In this document: piece after piece, positions 25,071 to 35,849 of the stretch | Layout: the number at the start of each line of letters is the position of its first letter | Numbering within the stretch: the stretch's first letter is position 1 | From: Vicugna vicugna | Taxonomy: Eukaryota | Direction of reading: 5' to 3' | DNA length: 64,000 nt | Assembly (NCBI GenBank): GCA_013265495.1 | Contig: MU058636.1 | Coordinates: forward strand, 1-64,000 | Made by a program: the position numbers and the translations under genes | The notes under the pieces: generated by a model | Database searches by the model: none | Seen by the model: only the letters and a program-made list of their open reading frames with translations | What the model was told of the DNA's origin: nothing

Positions 25071-25640
25071 TGTCGCGGAAAAATGTGCTACAGCTCAGCG
25101 TTACAGCTCGGTTGTGACAGCAACCTGGACCCCGGTGACAGACCAAGCAGCACTTCAAGAGTTGGAGAACTCAGGTTTATTACACCAGCAAACCCACCAC
25201 AATCAACACTTCAAACTCTGGACCCCATCTGTAGGTTTACTTATGCCTTTTATAGGCTGTCAGTTTTACACTTTGCAACATCATATGCAAATAAAGTACA
25301 ACAGAAGTTGACCAACCAGGAACAAGCTTTATAGAAATAGACCAATCAGGAGTGAGCTCCATGCAAATGATGTACTACAAATGGACCACTCAGAAGTTAG
25401 GGAAGTGGGCCAATCAGAAGTGAGAGTAATAACCAATCAGAAGTGAGAGTAATAACCAATCAGAAGTGAAGGAAAGAGAGCTCAGGGAACCAATAGAATT
25501 CTAGGTGTAAGTTGGCCGCTTTAGAGGCAAAAAAGTGAGATAGAGCCTCTGGGCCAGGGAACCCGGCGGTGCTAAGAGGAGAGCAGTAGCCCTGTCCAGG
25601 GGTCCTGCTAGTATTTTTATGGGGCTTCCCGCCTCCCATC
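25071..25640 (-). mobile_element. Solo LTR with CCAAT-box array and two octamers
   Basis: Minus-strand TATAAAA (25248-25254) lies upstream of minus-strand AATAAA (25176-25181). Five CCAAT boxes and two ATGCAAAT. Right boundary approximate. Confidence 0.7.
25410..25469 (+). repeat. 23-bp tandem repeat (~2.6 copies) carrying CCAAT boxes
   Basis: CCAATCAGAAGTGAGAGTAATAA starting at 25410, 25433 and partially at 25456. Confidence 0.9.
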
Positions 25641-25759
25641 TGTTCAGGAAAATAACATTTTAATTGTAAAAACACTTATAAAACTAGTTCAAAGTGGTTT
25701 CAAGGACTGTGATATGGTATACACAGCCAATTCTCACTGCAGTTGAAGCCAGTACATAC

Positions 25760-25862
25760 CTGAACTTTTTAGGACAACTTTCCATGCAGCAGTTTCCAAT
25801 TATCACCTACCTAAAGTCAGTGCCAGGAGACGCCAACAAATCTGATTTAAAATATTTAAAGC
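25760..25862 (-). other. Candidate 103-nt exon with possible start codon (MESCPKKF...)
   Basis: Acceptor TTAGCTTTCCAG and strong donor CAG|GTATGT. ATG at 25785-25783 has an in-frame upstream TAG. Confidence 0.3.
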
Positions 25863-26949
25863 CTGGAAAGCTAATAACAACCCAAATGCTAACTACATAC
25901 TGTACTTTGCTTTAAAGGAAATCTAGCTCTGTAACCATCTGTACAATAGAACCCTTTAATACACAAGGACTTCTAATATTCTTAAAACATAATTTGAATA
26001 ACCAAATCTTAATTTTCTCTTTAAGTTCTTGGGAACCCCTGGAAAAGCAATATTCCGGTAGCAAAACCATACATTCTTCAGAAATGCAGTTGATATCTGA
26101 CTTTAGAACTATCTCAACCAAAAAGAAAACTGCGTAGTTTTTTTTTTTTCTTTGGTGGAAATTAACAAAATTCAGAATCTGGTAATTTGGTTAGTAGGAC
26201 ACAGAGTTCAGATGGTTTAATGCTTCAGCAGCTGCCTAATCTGAACTTATATCCTGACTTTACCACTTACTGACCGTAAATTCTGGGGCAAATTACTGTA
26301 CTTATCTGTCATCTTCCTCATATTTTAAATGGGTGCCTTTGCCTTGAAAGGGCAAGGATGATAACATGGGTGAAGCACAAAGCTCAGAGCAGTCAGTGCA
26401 CCTCTGACGACAGTTGCAGGGACCATCCTGAGTGGAATTTATCAACGAAAGTGAATCGTAGTGGACTCTGATTACTTTCCAGTATTTGCCTCTCCCTAAC
26501 AGGTGAGTTTCTCTAATTCAGCTTTGCCTGTCCCTCTACCACTTTCCTCTTCTCTCAAGTCCAGCACTGGGCACAGCATGAAGCAGAGCCTCAGTACATG
26601 TCTGATAAATGGACATATGTATATAACACAGATAATTTAAACACGGAGGCAGGGAAAGAAATAAACTAGTAGACGGAATACATCTTAACTAGTAACAGAT
26701 CGGTGTCTTTGGCAAACAACTTAAATCTGGATAAATGGCTAAAAACGCCAAAGATACCTTTAACTATAGAAGGATAAAAGAAAAAAAAGGGTTGGAGAAG
26801 TATTTCTAACTTTTTCACGTCTTCCATCAGACCACAATCCAAGTATTTTCAAAAGCAGAGTATTAATGCATTGAGTAGGCGGTAGCCGAGAAGCCTGATT
26901 CCCTAACCCAAGGACAGCCGCTGCCTATGGGCTGGAGTTAACCACCGGG

Positions 26950-28090
26950 AGAGTCAAAGAAACACCAGACTTGTGGGCTGGGCCTTGGAGCTCCCCTGGA
27001 CGCCGCCAGCTCCCCACTGGGCCCCTCCGTTGTCCGGCAACCGGGGCACGCCCCGGCTCGGCCCCGCCCCCGTTGCCATGGCGACGCACGCTACCGCACG
27101 GTCCCGCCCCCCCGCTGCCATGGCGACGGAGGGCAACGCGGCCCGTCGGCGGGTGCTCGAGCCTCGGGGGCGCAGCTCGGGGCTCGCGCTGCACCTGCTG
27201 TGGCCGCCGCCACTTCCCAAACCCGCAGCTTGCCAGCGCTCTCAAGCCGAGCCGCTCACCCTCGTCTCCTCTCACCCTTGCTTCAGAAAGTGTTCCACGG
27301 ACACAGGAGTTCAGCCACCTGCTGCTTGGTGGTCCCCTCCCCCCAAAATGAAGAAGGGGTGACCACCGGCACACAACACTCGCTTACCTTTCTCAGCATT
27401 CCTCCACGTTAACAGGGGTCTCTGGAGGGGTCGACCATCACGCGCCGAGCTCCAGCGGGAAGGAAGTCACCGAGAAGCGGTTGGGGGGCTGGGCCCCGGC
27501 GGGCGCCGCCGCGAGGGCCCCTGCGCCCTCCTCATTAGCACGACAAAGGGCAGGACCTTCGGGCCACTCGGTCCGCAGACGTTCAATCCGTCCGGCTGTT
27601 ACTTTCCAGGCCACGGTTCAGACTGGCTCTGAACTGCTGCCTGGACGCCCCGGTTCCCTGGCGATGAACAAGTCATCCGTCGCGGCGAGTGTGCCCCCGG
27701 GTCCCGGGCCTGCGCTATTGTTTGCGGGTCCCTGCAGGGCGGGGGGGGGGGGGGAGCGGCCGAAAGCCGTTTCAGGCCCGCAAAGGTTGAGTTTCTCGCC
27801 GGGCTTCCCTCTCTCGCTGCCTCCCAGCCCCTTGCTGTTGCATATTCATAAGAAGGCGGGTCCGCTTTCCATCTCTTGAATCCTCAGGGTTGAGGAAGCC
27901 GAGGCAGAAGTGGGGACGATTCGATTTGGAAGGAAACACCAGGAGGATTGGGTATACGGGTAACGTAAATACGCAAACGTGGGGTCCCTGTTTCACAATT
28001 TCTCCCCCCACCTTCGGGCAGCAAGGACGCGGCCGTGCTCACACACACGCGCGCGCGCGGGCGCGCGCGCACACGACCTTCCTCAATTCC
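26950..28090. promoter_or_regulatory. CpG-island promoter with RFX X-boxes and GC boxes
   Basis: Dense CpG. GTTGCCATGGCGAC at 27072-27085, GCTGCCATGGCGAC at 27114-27127, GTTGTCCGGCAAC at 27029-27041. Minus-strand donor AAG|GTAAGC at 27388/27387. Confidence 0.8.
28040..28075. repeat. (CA)n/(CG)n alternating purine-pyrimidine tract (Z-DNA-prone)
   Basis: CACACACACGCGCGCGCGCGGGCGCGCGCGCACACG. Confidence 0.8.
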
Positions 28091-29394
28091 TGAATTGAGC
28101 AAAGGAAACTTCAAGGAGGTCCTGACTAAACCCCTGGTCCTAATTATAGCATCAGACTAATTGAAGGACTTGGGCGGTCGGGGGCAGGGTTTTTAAGGAT
28201 GATGTCACCTATATGCTCCTCATGCCAAGAAAGCAGTTAAAAATTATACATGCAGAACTCACTGATTACATTGATTTTATCGAATTTCATCATAATTGAT
28301 TGTCTGCTTTTAACGTGGTGCAGCCCTCCACCATGTTGAAAAACCCAGATTTTATGATTTATAAACAATTAAGTTGCTAATGGGAACCCATTTTCTGAAA
28401 ATAAAAACAGTGTCAGGAAAATGACAGGCCTAAGGAAGTTCAGATACAGAGAGGGACAGTCTGATTGAGAAGCATGAAAAGCCATGGCTGCAGAGCTGTT
28501 TCCCCAAGACATAACAAGTGGTCCTCTAGAACGGTTTCTCTTTACTCCCTGAAATTTCCACTATGGGAGTCACCATGAGATTACATTCTGGAATCCAGAC
28601 CTGGCCACCCCTTACAGTACAGGTGGTTACCTGAGAAGGTGACTTGAAGGGATACAAAAATGCTTCTGCTTAACCCTCCAGTTCCCAAACCACCTGCCAT
28701 GATGCTTTCACCATAGAATTTACCCCTCTGTGTTACAGTCCAATAGAAAAGTCCCTGTGAAGATGTGAATTTGTTAGCTGAGGGAGGTGACCCATACTCA
28801 TTACCCTCACTAATTACAGGTGGTTGGACTTATGGACGGACGTTAGAAATCCACTCACTCTGCAGGTCCTCTCTGGTGCCTGTGTCCTAGTGGATGTGGG
28901 TGCTAGGGAGACAACTGACAATGCAACAGCCCAGGGTCATGCCCTGGGAGCCAACCTCCTAGTTCAAAACAGACTACTAGCAAACATAAAAAGTCAGGTA
29001 GTTATCATGGCTGTAAAGAAAAAGCCATGTAGAAAGGCGGGAGCTGGAAGCCCAGAGGGGCCGTGACTTCCTGGGTGAAATGAGACGAAGTCCAGGTGCT
29101 CTGATGGGGTTTAGGTCCATTCTGCCCTTCTGTAGTCATCGGCTCTGTGGCCTCAGTTAATGGGTGCCCTTCTCAGCTTCTGCTTCCTCATCAAGCAAAC
29201 AAACAAAAGACGAGGCTAGATTTTCAGTGGTTTATAGTGGGCAGGGAAAGTTGTCATGATGACATGCACTTGGAGGTGCAGAGGGTCTGACAGTGTGGTC
29301 AGGTGGTCAGTGCATGGATGCTGTGGGCAGACCTCTGGGCAAGACCCTTCACCTCCAAGTCTGGTTCCCCGGTTGTAAATGTGGGTAATAATAC

Positions 29395-30148
29395 TGTAAC
29401 AGAGCAGGACCCTATTGTCATTGGTCACCATATTTATAACTGCTTAATTGTGTAACAGCTTAAGTGGTTTTCTCTTGCTTTTGCCGACCAAGTTTAGGAC
29501 AGAGAGGAGGCATGGGTGGTTCAAGGCGCTGTGTGCAGGGATCATGCTCAGCGCCCTGCTTTAACCCCAGTGCCTTGCTCTTGACCCCAGCCCCTCAGAA
29601 ACAGCAGTTGGGTGTTTTGTGCATCTTGCTCACAACCCGCCCAGCTCCGCATGTCTGCAGTTGTTTGTGACCCCTTGGGGTTTCCTTGTTTCCTGTTTGA
29701 GCTGCAGGCCTCAGCCTGCTTAAAAGGTGAAGGCATTTAACAATCTGACTTTAAACTGCACAAGTTTCTCTCCAGAGTTCTTTTCTATGAACCGCCTTCC
29801 GGTGCCACCTCTGTTCCAGGTACAAGAACACTGAGAGTCCCAAAGCGGAGGTGAGCTTCACACCCAGCAGAGGGAAGGGGACATCTGCAAAACCAAGAAC
29901 AGCCTTGCAACAACTTGTTACCCTGTATGTGAAGTCTAGGGAAAGCAGCTCTGCCCCCTGAACTTGTGAAGTTTTGCCGTAAATCCCTCTGCCTTCCCTG
30001 CCCTGCAGGCTCGCAGCTTCGGAGGCATTAGCCCCCTGTGACCTCCTTGCCTGGCCAAAAAATAAAGCTGCCTTTTCTACTTCATCCAAGACTCTGTCCT
30101 GGACTCTCAGTTTGGTAAGTGGGGTACAGAGGCCGCGCTTTGGCAACA
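29395..30148 (+). mobile_element. ERV1-class solo LTR inserted in a MIR, same family as 21625-22462
   Basis: TGTAACAGAGCAGGACCCTATT...AATAAAGCTGCCTTTTCTACTTCATCCAAGACTCTGTC...TTTGGCAACA. MIR-like flanks (GTAAATGTGGGTAATAATAC | ...CCTCAGGGGTTG). Confidence 0.85.
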
Positions 30149-32513
30149 ATCGCCACCTCAGGGGTTGCTGAGACTGTCCAGTGAGGGTACAGAAATAATG
30201 GGGCCAGCTATTATGATCATGTCTCCCCTTCTGGAGGGCAGCCCCACAGCACAGCCTTTGAAAGGGGCGGCTGCTTGATCACGAGAACCAACCATGCTTT
30301 CTAATCTGGACCCTCGTCTGTGGTTCCCTCGCTGCAAAGGGAAATAGGATCAGAGGGGAAAGATGCCCCAGAGGCACCTGCTGGCCTTCCATGGGCGTCA
30401 TCCCACCTTGGCTATCACTAACCATTGCACAGACTCAAAAAAGGATCCGAGAGGTCGACTTCCTACAAACGACACACAGCACACTTCTCCCTGGTGCTCT
30501 AGTCCCTTCTGAATAGTGAATAAATGCACCATGAGACCTGTCCTAGTCTCACTGAGCGCTCTGCACCCCGTGTGTGCCGTCAGGATTGTGAACTGTCTCC
30601 TGACCAGCCTTTCTCTTGTGTTGATTCCCGGGAACGACGCTGAAACCTGTTTCACGTCTTTTCTCAGGGCCCGCTTTGAGAGCATGCTCTGAGAAACAGT
30701 TCTGGCACTGTCAACGAATTGCCTGTGAAAGCAGGTGGGCCGTGCTTCTGGACTTAAGACTGACACAGAGGAGGAAGGGGAAGCTGAAGTGGCTGAAGAG
30801 AGAGGGGAGGGAGCCCAGCCATGGTGCGTTGGCCGCCCTGCAACATGGCCCCAAGGAGAGGAACGCGGGGACCCAGGAAAGACAGCCAGTCACTCAGTCA
30901 CACGTGAAGGTGCCAACTGGACCTCAGGCGAGTGGCCAGACACTAATGAGGCCCCTCACTAGCACATGCTAAACGCAGGAAACTGTCGCCACTTGTCTAG
31001 CGGTCCTGATTTTGTGGACACAGTACCTTGTTAGACACTGCCATCCAGGAGATCTGGCTCAATTACCACTCTTATAAATTCTTCTCTCAGCTTCTTTAAT
31101 CATCTGTGGTTAATTAATTTGGATAAAAATTTCTTCTGCACTTGAAATAGTCAGAAATGTACTGTATTCCCTTCCTGGATTCCCAAGTTAATACGTGAGC
31201 CACGTGAGGCGAATTATGGGAAAAGATCTTTATCTAAGCCACATGCAGACAGAAATGCACACTCTAGAATCTCTCCAAATCTCGTATCAGTCCCATAAAT
31301 TGCTCTAGAGCATACGAGGACTTAAATTAAATGAAAGGAAATCAAGAGGGGTAAGAAAGACTCACGTATGTCCAGTGTCCTAAACCATTCTAAGCATCAA
31401 ACAAGTAGGTTACCCTGGGATCCTAATTAAAGTCACTTTTTATCATTTTCACTGTGTGCCCCAGAGAAACAGGCACATAAATGAAACTGACAAGATCTGA
31501 CAGTGTCATTAGCCACCAGCGCCACACCTGAGCAGGTAGCGCAGCCCCGCTGTGGTACGCGGTACGTTGCCACATACGAGAACCTCCAGCTCTCAACCTG
31601 CCAGGTGGATGCAGCGGGGAAAGAAGGGAGCTTGCAACAGAGCTTTCTTAGGAAATTCACTCCACTGTAAGCCCTTACGTGCTGTTGGTCAGATTTCCCC
31701 AAAGCATTCACTGTGCACACTACCGTGTTACTACTGAAAAAGTAAGAACAAATTTTCACTCTCCACTTTTCCTTCTGTTCACTGGTTCCTTCAGCAACTA
31801 TTTATCGAGTGTGAGGCAAGATGCCAGGCTCCTGGGGAGCTTTTTCCAAAAAGCAATTGTCCACACGGACTTTAAAAATACAGTGAGAAGAGGGCATCTA
31901 TACGTCAATCTAATTACCGTGAATTAAATCATTTCAACGCGGCTTTTAGGGACAATTTGCTTCACAGAAAACTGTGACTGTGGATGTAAACTCACTGTGG
32001 TGATCACTTTGCAACAGGTCCCTAGACTGAATCATGATGTTGTTCACCTGACACGAATACAGTGCTACGTGTCAATTCTCTCAATAAAAAGGGCAATTTC
32101 TGATCAAAAGAAGACACAATTTGAAGAATTCTGACACATTCTCTTCTAAAGCCAAGAATCCAAGTGTCGTATGAGTAACAGCCTTTCCTTGATTTGTAAG
32201 CTGGACTTTTGGCGTAAAACATGTTTATAAGGCTGCGAGGTGGCTGACAGTGGCCGATGTCTTCCTGAAAGAGCGCCTGGGTGGCACGGGGTGGGAAGGC
32301 GTTAGAGACGTGAGGGGCTGGGACCAGAGCACAGGAAGGGAGAGGGGAGCAGGCCAGGGTGGGGGTGGGGACCCAAAATGGGGGAGAGGTGACAGCACCA
32401 GTTCCAAAGGGGCCTGTAATCCAAGGCAGAGTGGTTCCGATTAATCTGATTCAGGGACCACTGTCCCCCGGAAGGGGCTGGTGGTTTGGGCAGCAGTCTT
32501 AGGTAAGGACTCC

Positions 32514-32976
32514 TGTAAAGAACAGGACCCTCTGGGGTTTCCTGACAGACCCTCCCCATGTCCTCTGCTGCAGCTCCTCTCTGAAGGACCCAGATCGTAG
32601 CATCTCATGTCTATTTCCTGAGTTTTTCAGATGCTAAAAACCACCACCAAAGGGAAGAAATTAACTACCTGATGATAGAGAACACGTGGCCCCCAGGCCT
32701 TCTGGCACCTGGGGTTTGATGGTGTTGATGCCCTGTTCCCTCCACGTCAGCCAATCAGAGAATTGTGCACGAGCTGATCGCGGACCTGCGACCTCCTCCC
32801 TCACCTGGCCTTTAAATAGGCTTTGCTGAAACCCTTCAGGGAGTTTGGGGTTTTAATGGGCACGAGCCACCTCATCCTCCTTGCTCGGCTCTGCAATAAA
32901 CCTTTCTCTGCTCCAGACTCCAACGTTTCAGTTTGGCCTCATGGTGCGTCGAGCACATGAATGTGCTTAGGTAGCA
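32514..32976 (+). mobile_element. ERV1-class solo LTR with 4-bp TSD
   Basis: TGTAAAGAACAGGACCC...CCAATCAGAG...AATAAACCTTTCTCTGCTCCAGACTCC...GTAGCA, flanked by CTCC on both sides. Confidence 0.9.
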
Positions 32977-33949
32977 CTCCCATCTTAGTAGCCGGGGAGG
33001 CTGAACTCAGTTACATAAGCACAGGTGTTGATGGTCCAGGAATTGGTGCCACGGGACTCAGCTCAGGGAGGGCAGGGGAGAGTCACGCAGTTCCAAGGAC
33101 CATGGGGGGGACAGGTCCATGCTCCAGAGGACACATGTGGAGCGCATGCCCCAGCTGTCAAGGGTTGCTTCACATGACACCCGATCCACCCCAATTCCAC
33201 CAGTTCTTCAAGTATCCCAGAGGCAGAGGGCCCCGAGGAAACACGCAGGGAAGGCACGGCCCCTGAGAGCTGCTCCCCACCAGCACCACCATGTGACACA
33301 GCATCCTTTCCAGAGAAGAGGTGGGAGCAATCTCCAGTTGACACAGGCTATTTGCTCTCAGCCACAAAGGAGGCAGAAAGGCTCCTACTGAGCACCTGCA
33401 TACCTGGCGTTCCCTGTGTTCACCTCCCCGGATACACATATCCACGTGATGTGTACCACCGCTTCCATCCTCTTCCTTCAAATGATCCATTGTGGAACCA
33501 CTGTCCATTATTTCAATCTTTTCTGAATGGTTTCTATTTTTTAGCTGATGCACATTCTGGGGAATCACTAGATATATCAATTTTACAATTATTGCATAAA
33601 TGGGCACTTTTTTTTTTGCTGGCTTCGGTGGGATATAAACTTGCCCCAGAGTTCACCCTCAGTCAGCAGTTTGCTCACCGTCCATCCTTCATTCACTTGC
33701 TCAGTAAGCACTAATTCAGCACAAACCCTGTGCCAGACTCTATGCCAGGCCCGGGGAAACAGCCCCAGGCTCCCGCTCTCCAGGGGCTCATAGCCTCGTG
33801 GCAGAGAGGCTGGGAGACGTGGCTCCGTAGCCGTAGCCGGAAGGCAGGTGTCAGTATCTGATCGCGGGGCTGTGGCAGCAGTGAGGAGAGGTGCCTCCCT
33901 GCACAGACAGGCACCATGGGGGAGTCCGCCTGTCCTGTCCACCCTCAGT

Positions 33950-34283
33950 TTTGTTTTTATTTTATTTTATGTTTTAAATTGTTTCTTTTTTTTTAAATTG
34001 AAGTACAGTCAGTTTACAATGTTGTGTCAGTTTCTGGTGCACAGCATCATGTCTCAGTCATCCATATACATACATAGCTTCCTTTTCATAGTCTTTTTCA
34101 TTATGGGTTACTCCAAGGTATTGAGTGTAGCTCCCTGTGCTGTGCAGTAGGACCTTGTTGTTTATCTATTTTATACATAGTAGTGTGTATCTGCAAATCC
34201 CAAACTCCCAATTTATCCCTACACACCCCACTTTCCCTCCTGGTAACCGTAAGTTTGTTTTCTGTCTGTGAGTCTGTTTCTGT
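33950..34283 (-). mobile_element. L1 3' end
   Basis: TTGAAGTACAGTCAGTTTACAATG...CCCAAACTCCCAATTTATCCC...GTCTGTGAGTCTGTTTCTG. Confidence 0.9.
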
Positions 34284-34799
34284 AAAAACCAGTATCTTTC
34301 AAATGTGAACGTAACAGCCAGTAGAAGAGTCAGTGGAAAAGTCTGACTCCACCCGGAAGGCTCTCTGTGCACTGTATCGATGGGCGGGCTGGCTCTTGCC
34401 CTGGTTGGGCTTGGCCAATGCAAACCCAGCAAGGGATCAGAAGGGAGGGAGGTGGGATGGGAGGGGGCTGGTGGTGTCATGGTTCCCATCTCCAGGAGGA
34501 CCCCTGTGTGTGGGATTCACCAACTCCTCCTGGCTCACAAGCATTCACACCTGTGCGCTAATGAAGGCCCTGGGACTGCTGCTCTCAGCCCAAAGGCACT
34601 AATCCCTCTGCCCTCTTGCCTCTTCTATACCTGTTCACATTTCTGCAAATACCACCTTTCTCTTCTCTATCACCTCAGTTAATCCAGTTTAATTGGTGTC
34701 CTTTCTTATCGGAACCCTAACTGACACAGAGCTCAGTCGTAACAGCAACCAAAAAAAAAAAAAGAAAATTACATCAGAATTAACAAACCAGAAATGCAG

Positions 34800-35560
34800 G
34801 AGCCAGGTAAAGAACACTTCAAAATCAACAGAAGAGGACAAATGGAAAGGCAGCCACCGACTTGGACGGGCAACCCCAACGTCATAAAGGCGTCAAGCCT
34901 TCCTTGGTTAATCTGTAAGTTAAACGCCAGCAGATATTTTTACTGCTGCATTGCTATTGTTGTTGTTGTTTCATTTTTTAATGAAACAAACCAGTTTTAC
35001 CATCCACGTTGCAAAACAAACAAACGAGAATAGCTAGGAAAACTCTGAAAAAGAAGAGCAAATGCTAAAACATGAAATTCCTATCACTAATTAAAAAAAA
35101 ACCTATGGTACTGGCACATGAATAGAGAGAACTATGGAGTTAAATAAAAGCCCCAAAATATATGCAAATGCTTATGAAAAATTACAATAAACATTGCATC
35201 TTAAATCAGTGGGGAAAAGGACTATTTAATAAATGGTTTGGGGACCACAGGTAGCATTCTAGAAAACAAATGGAGCTGAGCACTTTGGCACATATCAGGG
35301 AGGGACAAATTAGGAGTTCAGGATTGACAGACACACACCACTATATATAAGATGGATAAACAGCAAGGACCTACTGTACAGCCCAGGGAACTATATTCAG
35401 TATCATGTAACAACCTATAATGGAACAGAATCTGAAAAAGAATAGACATGTGTATGTGTAATGGAATCACTGTGCTGTGCTCCACAAACTAACAGAACAC
35501 TGTTAATCAACTTTACTTCAGTTAAAAAATAAATAAAAACAAAACAAACAACAAACAAAA
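34800..35560 (+). mobile_element. Ancient L1 ORF2 remnant followed by a younger L1 3' end (~35297-35560)
   Basis: AACAAACGAGAATAGCTAGGAAAACTCTGAAAAAGAAG...TGGTACTGGCACATGAATAG, then GGGACAAATTAGGAGTTCAGGATTGACAGA...TACTTCAGTTAAAAAA. Confidence 0.75.
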
Positions 35561-35849
35561 AGAATATTCTGAAAGGACAGGCAAGAAACTGACCATGATG
35601 GTTGTGTGAGGACGAAGGTGAGGGCGGGGGCGGGGCCCAAGTAGGAGGGCGGTGAGGGCGAGGGTGTGCATCCCTTTCCTTCTTATATTTAAGGATTGAG
35701 CCCTGTAACTATATACCCTATTTAAAAATTTTTAAAAATGAAGATATATTAATCTTATAACCAGAGCCCCAGACGGACGGAGGCTAGTATGTCACTAAGA
35801 AATACTCCTTGTCTTAGGATGGGTCCCCCACACTGCGCGATGAGCAGCT

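Noticed and set aside
25410..25469. Regularly spaced short repeats (also 22196-22269) as a possible CRISPR-like array
   Set aside because: They are head-to-tail repeats without unique spacers, inside LTRs of a mammalian genome.
26973..27362. Plus-strand ORF with good Kozak ATGs (GCCATGG; MATHATARS..., MATEGNA...)
   Set aside because: The ATGs are the centres of palindromic RFX X-boxes. The peptide is low-complexity Pro/Ala/Arg as expected from a CpG island and has no recognisable homology.
10195..27388. Assigning a known ciliary gene symbol to the minus-strand exon candidates
   Set aside because: No candidate exon translation matched any protein I can recognise, so no symbol is given.
21625..30148. 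Two related LTRs ~7 kb apart as a full provirus
   Set aside because: They are inverted rather than direct repeats and are diverged. No PBS or gag/pol/env sequence lies between them.
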